From assembly GCA_965197585.1 (NCBI GenBank), contig OZ240215.1, forward strand, positions 1,984,001 to 2,048,000: a stretch of DNA of 64,000 nt, written 5' to 3'. The notes below the pieces were generated by a model. It searched no databases. It was not told where the DNA came from and saw only the letters and a list, made by a program, of their open reading frames with translations. Below, piece after piece: positions 1-8,295 of this stretch (position 1 is its first letter; each line of letters starts with the position of its first letter). The stretch is from Dehalococcoidia bacterium (GTDB lineage: Bacteria; Chloroflexota; Dehalococcoidia; Plut-88900). Made by a program: the position numbers and the translations under genes.

Positions 1-237
1 CCCAGCCAGCTGTGGCATCGGCAGGGTTACTCCACATTCCAGCACGAACGCCCAACCCAGGAGGTGGTGGACACAATCGGTGAGGAGAACGTGATGTGGG
101 GCTCCGACTACCCTCACCATGATGGCGTCTGGCCCTACTCTCAGAGGGTGATAAAGGAAGACTTGGGACACCTCGAGCAGTCGGTGATTGACAAGATCAC
201 TTGCCACAACGCGGCAAAGCTGTACCGGTTCAACTAA
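1..237 (+). CDS. Amidohydrolase family protein (Amidohydro_2), C-terminal part, truncated by window edge
   Basis: Frame 1 manual translation ...EENVMWGSDYPHHDGVWPYSQRVIKEDLGHL...NAAKLYRFN* matches the C-termini of the four downstream paralogs. Confidence 0.9.
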   Translation, partial: PSQLWHRQGYSTFQHERPTQEVVDTIGEENVMWGSDYPHHDGVWPYSQRVIKEDLGHLEQSVIDKITCHNAAKLYRFN

Positions 238-483
238 TCCTCCCTCTGCCCTCGGCGGGATATCCTCGTCCTGGAATTGAAGCAGCCTCAACACGTCTAG
301 CTGCTATGGTCTTGACGCGTCGACATTCTTTTGCTCCACCCCTCCCCACCCCCCGAGGGGAGCCTGTCCGCCAAAGGCGGATCATTCCGAGGCCCTGCGC
401 TGAAAGTCCGCTGGGGGGGGAAGGAATCTAGGACTTGCCCTCTCACACCCTTCCTAGCTTTTCCTCCTTTCCTCCTGGATAAC

Positions 484-524
484 GATATATGGGCCATGCT
501 GCTCTGCAACATGGCCCATATATC
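484..524 (+). terminator. Long hairpin, probable terminator
   Basis: GATATATGGGCCATG...CATGGCCCATATATC inverted repeat downstream of the first amidohydrolase. Confidence 0.5.
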
Positions 525-587
525 AATAAAACAGGGCGGGTGGGCGGGACTCAACTTATCCCGGGGCCAGAGTCATCCCCCCAAAAA

Positions 588-1386
588 GTGACACGAACCC
601 ATTGACTGAATCAGGACATCTGTACTATTATCCCCCTCGACTAGCTCGTCACTCACCCTAAACACCAAGGAGGAACCAAAAACCCAGGGGGAAGCCCAGC
701 CCTGGCCCCCGAGGACTCAACGCCCCAGCCCATCCCAACGGCCCTGCACACGGGACCCGCGGCACAAGCGAACGGCGCCATCTCCTCATCCCACCGGGTC
801 CCGTGTCCCCTTCCCTACCCAGGCGATAGAAGGTCCATCGACTCAATACGGGCAGCCCCTCTCTCATCGAGACCCTGCCCTTTCGCGCCCTACCTGATGG
901 GCGCACTGTTTAACCGGCATTGACTTCGCCGGTAACAGGTACGGCCCCACTTTGTCGGGCCTGGGGCCTCAGGGCCCTTGCGGGACTCCACCGTCGTAGT
1001 CATATACGATGGAAGCGGGTTCGCGCTCCCTCTTCACAGAGAGGTCGAGCGCTACGGGACTCCACCGTCGTAGTCATATACGACGGAAGCGGGTTCGCTC
1101 TTCCTCCTCATAAAGAGGTCGAGCGCCACTGGTAGACGGGTATGCGCCCCACGCCGAGACTCTCTCGGTCCGCCCCGGAACCAACTTGAAAACCTGTGGG
1201 GTTGCGCAGGCTGGCCTCCCGCCCCCTGTGCCCGAGTCCCGGACCTTCCATCGCCGACCCCCTCCCACCAGACAAACCGAAAACCCGAAACACGACAATC
1301 GAAGATGGAACATCCGCCTCAGGAGGATCCGCCTCAGGAGGACTGAAGAAAACCCCGGTGTGTCACTAACCTACCGAACGAGTACA
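588..1386 (+). ncRNA. Repeated non-coding structured element, copy A (candidate large ncRNA or non-autonomous mobile element)
   Basis: 5' ~250 nt and 3' ~110 nt are homologous to the reverse complement of 31474-32231; promoter-like boxes at 602-631; helices 748-759/795-806 and 822-836/1241-1255; no conserved ORF. Confidence 0.6.
981..1126 (+). repeat. 74-bp imperfect tandem duplication inside element copy A
   Basis: CGGGACTCCACCGTCGTAGTCATATACGAYGGAAGCGGGTTCGC...GAGGTCGAGCGC starts at 981 and 1055. Confidence 0.9.
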
Positions 1387-1696
1387 ACCCCTTGCCCTTC
1401 TCCCCTTCACTCCGCCTACAATCTCCCGTGAGCTTACGACTCCAATTACGCCCTTTCCTTCCATCCCATGGTTTGGGGGTGCGCAAAAATCTTTCCCGAA
1501 TCAATCAAACAGGCACGGATTCAATCTGAAACAATCAAACTTCGCAGGTTATGACAACAAGCATGCTCCATTCATCGTCCTCTCGGCATCCCAACCTCCT
1601 GAGCAATTGCCGGATATTGACTATACCAACCCATGTTCTTAACATAGCCAGTTAGAGAAGACGTGCGACACATTTGATGTGATTTAGGAGGAGCCG

Positions 1697-2857
1697 ATGG
1701 ACTACAACATTATTACCGCAGACACCCACATGGACGTCACCTGGCTGCCGGGCGACATGTTTGTCAAAGGCGCACCCGACGCCCTTAAGGACAAGATGCC
1801 CTATGTCAACAATAAGAACGGCAAACCCCAATGGGAGATCGAAGGAGAGTTCATGTGCTGGGTCGGGGGCGGGGGACTCACCGGAGCCTTTGGAGGCTAC
1901 GTGCCCGGCGAATCAAAACACCTGGACCGCATGGCCGAGGTGGGCTTCTTCGACGGCATCAAGGATGGTGTATACCACCCCTCAAACGCCGACCTCCGGG
2001 TCAAGGACCTGGACATAGACGGCCTGGACGCCGAGGTCATTTACGGGATCCTTGGCATCGGTGGAGGCGGCTTCTCCGGCCCCGGCTTCAAGGACCCCGA
2101 AGTCACCGCTACCATCTATGACGTCTACAACGAGTGGATTGCAGAATTCACGTCGACCGACCCCGGCCGGATGAAGGGTCTGGCCTGCCTCGCCAGCCAC
2201 GATCCCGCCAGAGCCGCCCAACAGCTCAGAAGAGCCGGCGAGCTGGGTCTTAGGGGCGCCGAGATCAACGTCGGCACTATGGTAAAACCCGTGTATCACA
2301 GGGACTGGGACCCCCTATGGGCCACTTCCGCTGAATACCAGATGCCTATCTCCTTCCACACCCTCGGTGTCCCCCATCGGACACCCGACGCCGCGGACGC
2401 AGAGGCCTACCGTTGGCTTAGCGTCTGCCTCAACTACACCCTATTCCAGCTCTCGGGGGCGGAGTTCCTGTGCAGCATCGTTCTCTCAGGCGCCTGTGAA
2501 CGCTACTCTGATTTCAACTTCGTCCTGGGTGAATGCGGCATCGGCTGGATCCCCTACGTCATCGAGCGCACCGACGAGGAGTACGACGACCGAGGATTCC
2601 ACATGGGCTATCCGATGAAGCCCAGCGAGTACTGGAGACGGCAGGGTCACTCCACCTTCCAGAACGAGTACGTATCCGTCGACCAGATCGAGCGAATCGG
2701 ACTCGACAACATCATGTGGGGCAACGACTATCCCCACCCCGACGGCGTATTCCCCGATTCGAAGAAGGCGCTGGATGACGGCCTAGGCCACCTGCCCGCA
2801 GACATCCGCAACAAGATAGTGTGCGAAAACGCCATTAAGGCCTATCGCTTTAACTAG
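1697..2857 (+). CDS. Amidohydrolase family protein (Amidohydro_2)
   Basis: ITADTH metal-binding start, ISFH, LGECGIGW and WGNDYPHPD motifs; SD AGGAGG. Confidence 0.9.
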   Translation: MDYNIITADTHMDVTWLPGDMFVKGAPDALKDKMPYVNNKNGKPQWEIEGEFMCWVGGGGLTGAFGGYVPGESKHLDRMAEVGFFDGIKDGVYHPSNADLRVKDLDIDGLDAEVIYGILGIGGGGFSGPGFKDPEVTATIYDVYNEWIAEFTSTDPGRMKGLACLASHDPARAAQQLRRAGELGLRGAEINVGTMVKPVYHRDWDPLWATSAEYQMPISFHTLGVPHRTPDAADAEAYRWLSVCLNYTLFQLSGAEFLCSIVLSGACERYSDFNFVLGECGIGWIPYVIERTDEEYDDRGFHMGYPMKPSEYWRRQGHSTFQNEYVSVDQIERIGLDNIMWGNDYPHPDGVFPDSKKALDDGLGHLPADIRNKIVCENAIKAYRFN

Positions 2858-2883
2858 TCCATTTCCCCAGAGGATTGGGTAAA

Positions 2884-3213
2884 GTGGCCTACGACGAACG
2901 ATTGGCACAAAGTGTCCGCTTGGAACTGGCAGCCCAGGAGGGTGTGTCGGAAAAGCGGATGTTCGGCGGTCTGGCCTTTATGGTGCACGGGAACATGGCC
3001 TTGGCGGTCGACAAAGACAGGCTAATGGTTAGGGTGGGACCGGACCGGTATGAGGCCGCACTGAATATGCCCCACGCCGGCCCGATGGACATGACGGGCA
3101 GACCTATGAAGGGATTCGTGGTAGTGCAGCCGGATGGACTGGACAACAAAGAGGGCCTGGAGGACTGGGTTCAACAGGGGGTGGAGTTCGCACTTAGCCT
3201 GCCCCCAAAGTAA
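2884..3213 (+). CDS. TfoX/Sxy N-terminal domain protein
   Basis: EKRMFGGLAFMVHGNM...LMVRVGP...MTGRPMKGFV is typical of TfoX_N; GTG start inferred. Confidence 0.85.
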   Translation: MAYDERLAQSVRLELAAQEGVSEKRMFGGLAFMVHGNMALAVDKDRLMVRVGPDRYEAALNMPHAGPMDMTGRPMKGFVVVQPDGLDNKEGLEDWVQQGVEFALSLPPK

Positions 3214-3251
3214 GCCCAACATCGCGCCCTATAAGAAGGATTGGAAAGACT

Positions 3252-4394
3252 ATGGAATACAGCGTTATCTCTGCTGACACCCACCTCGACCTCACCTGGC
3301 TTCCCGGCGACATGTTCGTCGAGGCCGCACCGGCTCATCTCAAGTCCCAGATGCCCTACACAACCGACGCGGGACCCGAGAAGCGCTGGATTGTTGAGAA
3401 AGAGGACATCGCACGCGCAGGCGGATTTATAGGCTACACTCCCGGTCACTCCAAGCACATGGACCGAATGGCCGAGGTCGGCTTCTATGACGGAGTTGCG
3501 GACGGCGTCTACCATCCCGCCGTAGCCGATCTCCGAGTCCAGGACCAGGACCTGGACGGCATTGACGCCGAGATCATCTACGGCATCCTCGGCATAGCCG
3601 GCGGCGGGTTCTCGGGCCCCGGGTTCCGAAACCCGGAGGTGACCACGGCCATCTACGACATCTACAACGAATGGGTTAGTGACTTCGCGAAGGCCTCCCC
3701 CCAGAGACTCGGGGCCCTGGCCTGCGTCATAAGCCACGATCCCGAAGTCGCAGCTAAGCAGTTGAGACGAGCGGCGAAACTGGGCCTGAAAGGCGCCGAG
3801 ATCAACGTCGCGAAAATGAGTTCACCCATGTACCAGAAGGATTGGGATGTGCTTTGGGCCGTAGCCGACGAATGCGACATGCCTATCTCTTTCCATACTC
3901 TCGGCATTCCCACACGCACACCTGAAGGGGAGTCGGCATCGGACTACGCTGTCGCCTATGACGGGGTTAGAGAATGCCTCTTCCAGCTGTCGGGGGCCGA
4001 GTTCCTGGTCAGCGCCGTCTTTTCTGGGGCCTGTATGCGCTACCCCAATTTCCAGTTCGTCCTCGGTGAGTGCGGTATCGGTTGGATCCCGTACGTCATT
4101 GAGCGAATGGATGCGGAATATGAAGACCGCTACCACCCCATAGGCCTTGAGATGGCTCCGACGGCCTACTGGCGTCGGCAGGGATTCTCCACCTTCCAGA
4201 ATGAATTCGTCTCCCAGGACCAGGTGGACAGGATTGGGGCCGAGTGCATCATGTGGGGTTCCGACTATCCCCACCGGGACGGCGTCTTCCCCGACTCCCG
4301 AAAGGTCATAACCGAAGGAATGGGCCACCTGGACGATGCTGTTACCCAGCAGATCGTCTGTGGCAACGCCGCACGTCTTTACAACTTCAACTGA
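3252..4394 (+). CDS. Amidohydrolase family protein (Amidohydro_2)
   Basis: ISADTH and WGSDYPH motifs; close paralog of 1697-2857. Confidence 0.9.
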   Translation: MEYSVISADTHLDLTWLPGDMFVEAAPAHLKSQMPYTTDAGPEKRWIVEKEDIARAGGFIGYTPGHSKHMDRMAEVGFYDGVADGVYHPAVADLRVQDQDLDGIDAEIIYGILGIAGGGFSGPGFRNPEVTTAIYDIYNEWVSDFAKASPQRLGALACVISHDPEVAAKQLRRAAKLGLKGAEINVAKMSSPMYQKDWDVLWAVADECDMPISFHTLGIPTRTPEGESASDYAVAYDGVRECLFQLSGAEFLVSAVFSGACMRYPNFQFVLGECGIGWIPYVIERMDAEYEDRYHPIGLEMAPTAYWRRQGFSTFQNEFVSQDQVDRIGAECIMWGSDYPHRDGVFPDSRKVITEGMGHLDDAVTQQIVCGNAARLYNFN

Positions 4395-4433
4395 CCAGGG
4401 CCCGGTCCGCGACCTGCGGCAACGAAAGCGGGG

Positions 4434-5429
4434 ATGGGAAGTATGACGGTAATGGACCGGTTCAGCGTGTTCGCCTTCGCCCTCGGCGATCCGCCTCCGG
4501 CCGCGTCCGAGTTGATTGCCGCCGCCAAACACGCCGACGCCCTCGGATTCCACTCCATATCGCTGCCCCATCACTTGACTCTGCCTGCCGCGCAGGTGTA
4601 CACGGGATTCCCGAGTCGGGACATCCTTGATCCGTTGGTCCTTCTGCCAGCGATGGCCGCGGTCACCAAGAACATCCTGGTAGGGACCAACTCGGCAATA
4701 GTACCGGTGCTGGCCCCATACGTGTGGGCAAGGTACTTTGCGACGCTCGATGTGATGTCAGGGGGGCGGGCGCTGGCGGGGATGGCTATGGGTTGGTTCG
4801 AGAAGGACTTCGCTGCAGCCAAGGCCAATCTCAAGAGAAGGGCCCGACACTTCGACGAAGCCCTCGGGCTGATACGCCGCCTGTGGACCGAACCTGCCGT
4901 CACCCACTCCGGCGAGACTTGCCAAATATCCGAGATGGAGCTTGAACCAAAGCCTATACAACAACCTCATCCTCCTATCTGGATTGGCGGGCATATGGCG
5001 TCCATAGAAAGGGCTTCGCGGCATGCGCAGTACCTGCTGCCGGCAAATCTCACCGTCGAAGAGATAAAGGAAACGTACCTCCCGCGTCTACAAGAACAGA
5101 ACGCCAAGTGGGGCACCGAGGCTGCGATTTGTTTAAGTGTTCGGGTCAATGTCGGGGACAGCCGAGGTGCGGACTCTGAGATGCTGCCGCGCATTGCCCG
5201 GCTGGTCTCATCGCGGAGATACCCGGTTAGCGACATCCACAAGATAGCCATCGCCGGATCTCCCCAGCACTGCGCCGAGAGGATTGAAGAATACCTGGAA
5301 GCCGGAATTTCCCACTTCCTCCTGGACTTCCAGTATCATGGCCTCACAAGGGTGGACTATTCGATGCGGCAGATGGACCTGTTTGTGTCGGAGGTCGTAC
5401 CCATACTTAGTGGGGAAATCTCTCCGTAA
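4434..5429 (+). CDS. LLM-class flavin/F420-dependent oxidoreductase
   Basis: LDPLVLL..AAVT, ATLDVMSGGR..G..GW, PKPIQQPHPPIWIGG motifs. Confidence 0.85.
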   Translation: MGSMTVMDRFSVFAFALGDPPPAASELIAAAKHADALGFHSISLPHHLTLPAAQVYTGFPSRDILDPLVLLPAMAAVTKNILVGTNSAIVPVLAPYVWARYFATLDVMSGGRALAGMAMGWFEKDFAAAKANLKRRARHFDEALGLIRRLWTEPAVTHSGETCQISEMELEPKPIQQPHPPIWIGGHMASIERASRHAQYLLPANLTVEEIKETYLPRLQEQNAKWGTEAAICLSVRVNVGDSRGADSEMLPRIARLVSSRRYPVSDIHKIAIAGSPQHCAERIEEYLEAGISHFLLDFQYHGLTRVDYSMRQMDLFVSEVVPILSGEISP

Positions 5430-5791
5430 TTCGAACGTATGTTTATTGACCCGGTGATGCCGGGGGAATAGTGTTCCGTTCACTTATACGGGGCCGCTTT
5501 ACTTAGTAGCTTCCTTGCGGGAAGCCAAGGCAAATAGAGCAATGGGCATAGGGCCCTTCAAATGTCGGCTCCAAAGCGGGCATGTACCCGCACCGTGGTG
5601 GGGTACATGGGGTGTTCCGCCGCCCAGATCCCTTGCTCCTCACCAATGGAGCCCCGCGCCCCGAACAAACCTCCACTCAGCGTAAGCTAAAGAGGCTTTT
5701 ATCGCCCACGTAGAGCAAACGTTGCAGCCGATATTGAGCATTGGGGCAAGGGTCTCCGCCTCAGCATAGTTAGCCTAGCAAGGGAGACTCT

Positions 5792-7039
5792 ATGAAGTTT
5801 CAACTTTTTGTATTGCCAACAATTCCGGGCATTCTGGAAGACGGAGAGCGGCTCCGTCCTATAGCCCGGAACAACGACCGTTTCCAGGAGATGCTGGAAC
5901 AGGTGAGGCAGATATGCATCCTGGGCGATGAGCTCGGGTTTGACTGCTTCTCCACCACAGAGCATCACTTCCACTCAGAAGGATACGAGTGTTCGGTAGC
6001 GCCGCTGGTGCTCTACTCGAACCTCGCAGCACAGACCAAGAGAATCAAGTTTGGCCCGCTGGGGCTCGTGCTCCCCTCATGGGACCCAATCCGGTGCGCA
6101 GAAGAGATCGCGATGCTGGACCACCTGACCAAGGGCCGGGTCATCGCGGGTTTCGCCCGGGGCTACCAGGACAGGTGGGTGAACGTGATGGGCCAGCAGT
6201 ACAAGGCCATCGCCGCGCAGTCCGACGAAAGCGCGGGCGACTCCCACAATCGTGAGATCTTCCAGGAAATCTTCCAGATCATCAAAGGAGCCTGGACACA
6301 GGACGCCTTCTCATTCAAGGGGAAGTACTACCAGGTGCCATACCCCTACGAGGAGGGGATCAGAAACTGGCCCGCGCAGAAGTGGACAGGTAGTCATGGC
6401 GCCCCTGGCGAGTTAGACGAGGAAGGGACAATTCGCAAGGTGTGCGTGGTGCCCAAGCCCTACCAGCAGCCCCACCCTCCCATTTTCAACGCCTTCTCGG
6501 TAAGCGAAAGTACGGTGCGATGGGCGGCAAAGGAGGGAACGATACCCCACATCCAGATCTCCCTCCCGGAGTCTTTCAACCGGCTTTGCCACGTCTATCA
6601 GGACGTGGCCCGGGAGAATGGACGAGACCTTAAACTGGGCGAGAGCGTCGGGGCGTCAAGGGTGGTGTACACGGGCAAGACCTACGAGGAAGCTTACAAG
6701 CTTGCGGAAGAGACGCTGGGCTGGAGCTACGCCGTATACTATAACCAGTTCGGGTTCGCAGAGGGGTTCCGGTATCCGGGCGAGGACGCACCAAGACCGT
6801 TGACCTTCACAAGCAAGGCCGCCGCCACTGAGCGGCTCGTTGACCAGGGCTATGGCATTGTCGGCACGGTGGATGACGTGAAGCGGAAGCTGGAAGACCT
6901 GCAACGCTGCCACGAGGACGGCGACGGCGACCTGGAATGGTTCGGGTTCCTGGTAGACCAGGGCATGTACCCGCTGGAGGAGGTGCTGGAGCAGGTCCAC
7001 ACCTTCGGGAGCAAGATCATGCCGGAGTTCCAAGGATAA
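5792..7039 (+). CDS. LLM-class flavin-dependent monooxygenase (luciferase-like)
   Basis: TEHHFHSEG, DPIRCAEEIAMLDHLTKGR..GFARGYQ, PKPYQQPHPP motifs. Confidence 0.9.
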   Translation: MKFQLFVLPTIPGILEDGERLRPIARNNDRFQEMLEQVRQICILGDELGFDCFSTTEHHFHSEGYECSVAPLVLYSNLAAQTKRIKFGPLGLVLPSWDPIRCAEEIAMLDHLTKGRVIAGFARGYQDRWVNVMGQQYKAIAAQSDESAGDSHNREIFQEIFQIIKGAWTQDAFSFKGKYYQVPYPYEEGIRNWPAQKWTGSHGAPGELDEEGTIRKVCVVPKPYQQPHPPIFNAFSVSESTVRWAAKEGTIPHIQISLPESFNRLCHVYQDVARENGRDLKLGESVGASRVVYTGKTYEEAYKLAEETLGWSYAVYYNQFGFAEGFRYPGEDAPRPLTFTSKAAATERLVDQGYGIVGTVDDVKRKLEDLQRCHEDGDGDLEWFGFLVDQGMYPLEEVLEQVHTFGSKIMPEFQG

Positions 7040-7099
7040 ACATGTATCGGGGGTGGCGCTGGCGCGCCACCCCCACCCGGCATAGGAGGTATTCCCGCA

Positions 7100-8206
7100 A
7101 TGACCTCTTCAGTAACCGAAAAGGCATCCCCTATCTGGAGGACTCTGCCCAGTCGCTACTATTGGGCCGAGGACATCTACGAACTTGAAAAAGAGCGCAT
7201 CTTCTACGACTCCTGGCTGTATGTCGGGCGGGTCGCCCAGATCCCGAACCCCGGCGACTTCATAACACAGGACATCGTTGACGAGAGCGTCATCGTAGTC
7301 AGGGACAAGCACGGCATCATAAACGCCTTCTCCAACGTTTGCCGACACCGGGGTAACAAGTTGTGCGGTGTGGCGTCGGGAAAGTTCAAGGGAAGCGCCA
7401 TTTCCTGCGGCTACCACGGTTGGACCTACGACCTGGATGGCGAGCTCATCGCCACGCCCAACATGCTAGGCACTGAAGGATTTCGCAAGGGAGACTTCCC
7501 CCTGTATCCCGTGGCCCTTCACTTTTGGGAGGGCGGCATCTTCGTCAACCTGTCGCCAAACCCAGAGCCATTCGACCCGGGGGTCGGGCCGATGGCGGAC
7601 ATATTGGCGCGGTACAACCTGGCGAACTTGGGTGTCGCTGCACGCAGGGAATACCACATCGACGCCAACTGGAAGCTGGTCCAGGAGAATAACGTAGAGT
7701 GTTACCACTGCCCTTCAATCCACCCCGAGCTCTGCGCTATACAGCCGAACGTAAGGAGGGGCAACATAGGCGCCTCTAACAGCGACGGCAACGCTCTCAT
7801 AGAAGGCGGAAACTCCTTCACGCTGGACGCTACGACTAACAGGCCCCTCATCAGCACCATAACTCCGGAGGATGAGGGACGCTTCCGAAGCACCCCCGTA
7901 TGGCCCGCCTTCTTCCTGGGCTTTCTGCCTGACCACGTCTTCACTTTCAACGTCTGGCCGACGGGAATAGAGAAGAGCACGGTGGTGATGGAGTGGCTGT
8001 TCGAGCCCTCAACCATCGCCATGCCGGACTTTGACCCGAGCGACACGGTGGAATTCCTGGACACGGTCGTGAGACAGGACTTCGGGATTTGCCACGAGGT
8101 GCAGAAGGGCATTAAGTCCCGGGCGCACAAGTCGGGGATCTACGCACCGAACGAGTTCCTGCCCCACGAGTTCAACGAATGGGTCAGGGCAAGGGTGGAT
8201 CGATAG
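7100..8206 (+). CDS. Rieske ring-hydroxylating oxygenase alpha subunit (choline monooxygenase/GbcA-like)
   Basis: Rieske CRHRG...CGYHGWTY; mononuclear Fe motif NWK...ENNVECYHCPSIHPEL. Confidence 0.9.
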   Translation: MTSSVTEKASPIWRTLPSRYYWAEDIYELEKERIFYDSWLYVGRVAQIPNPGDFITQDIVDESVIVVRDKHGIINAFSNVCRHRGNKLCGVASGKFKGSAISCGYHGWTYDLDGELIATPNMLGTEGFRKGDFPLYPVALHFWEGGIFVNLSPNPEPFDPGVGPMADILARYNLANLGVAARREYHIDANWKLVQENNVECYHCPSIHPELCAIQPNVRRGNIGASNSDGNALIEGGNSFTLDATTNRPLISTITPEDEGRFRSTPVWPAFFLGFLPDHVFTFNVWPTGIEKSTVVMEWLFEPSTIAMPDFDPSDTVEFLDTVVRQDFGICHEVQKGIKSRAHKSGIYAPNEFLPHEFNEWVRARVDR

Positions 8207-8295
8207 AGGTCTTCAAGATTGGACTTTGAGTGGACAAGCCCGGATAATGGGGCCGTCCCAATGGCATAAATTAGTGTTTCCTGGGGAGGATTAAC

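Noticed and set aside
338-343. ACCCCT as a target-site duplication of copy A's right flank
   Set aside because: C-rich context, not followed by TGT, and no equivalent in copy B
981-1126. Possible CRISPR array
   Set aside because: Only two adjacent 74-bp units, no spacers and no cas genes
588-1386. Group II intron, RNase P RNA or tmRNA identity for the twin elements
   Set aside because: No GUGYG 5' end or domain V, no GAGGAAAGUCC, and no tRNA-like ends visible
201-1431. Short ORFs overlapping element copy A (and 31491-32345 in copy B)
   Set aside because: Pro/Arg/Gly-rich with no motifs; indels between the two copies break frame conservation
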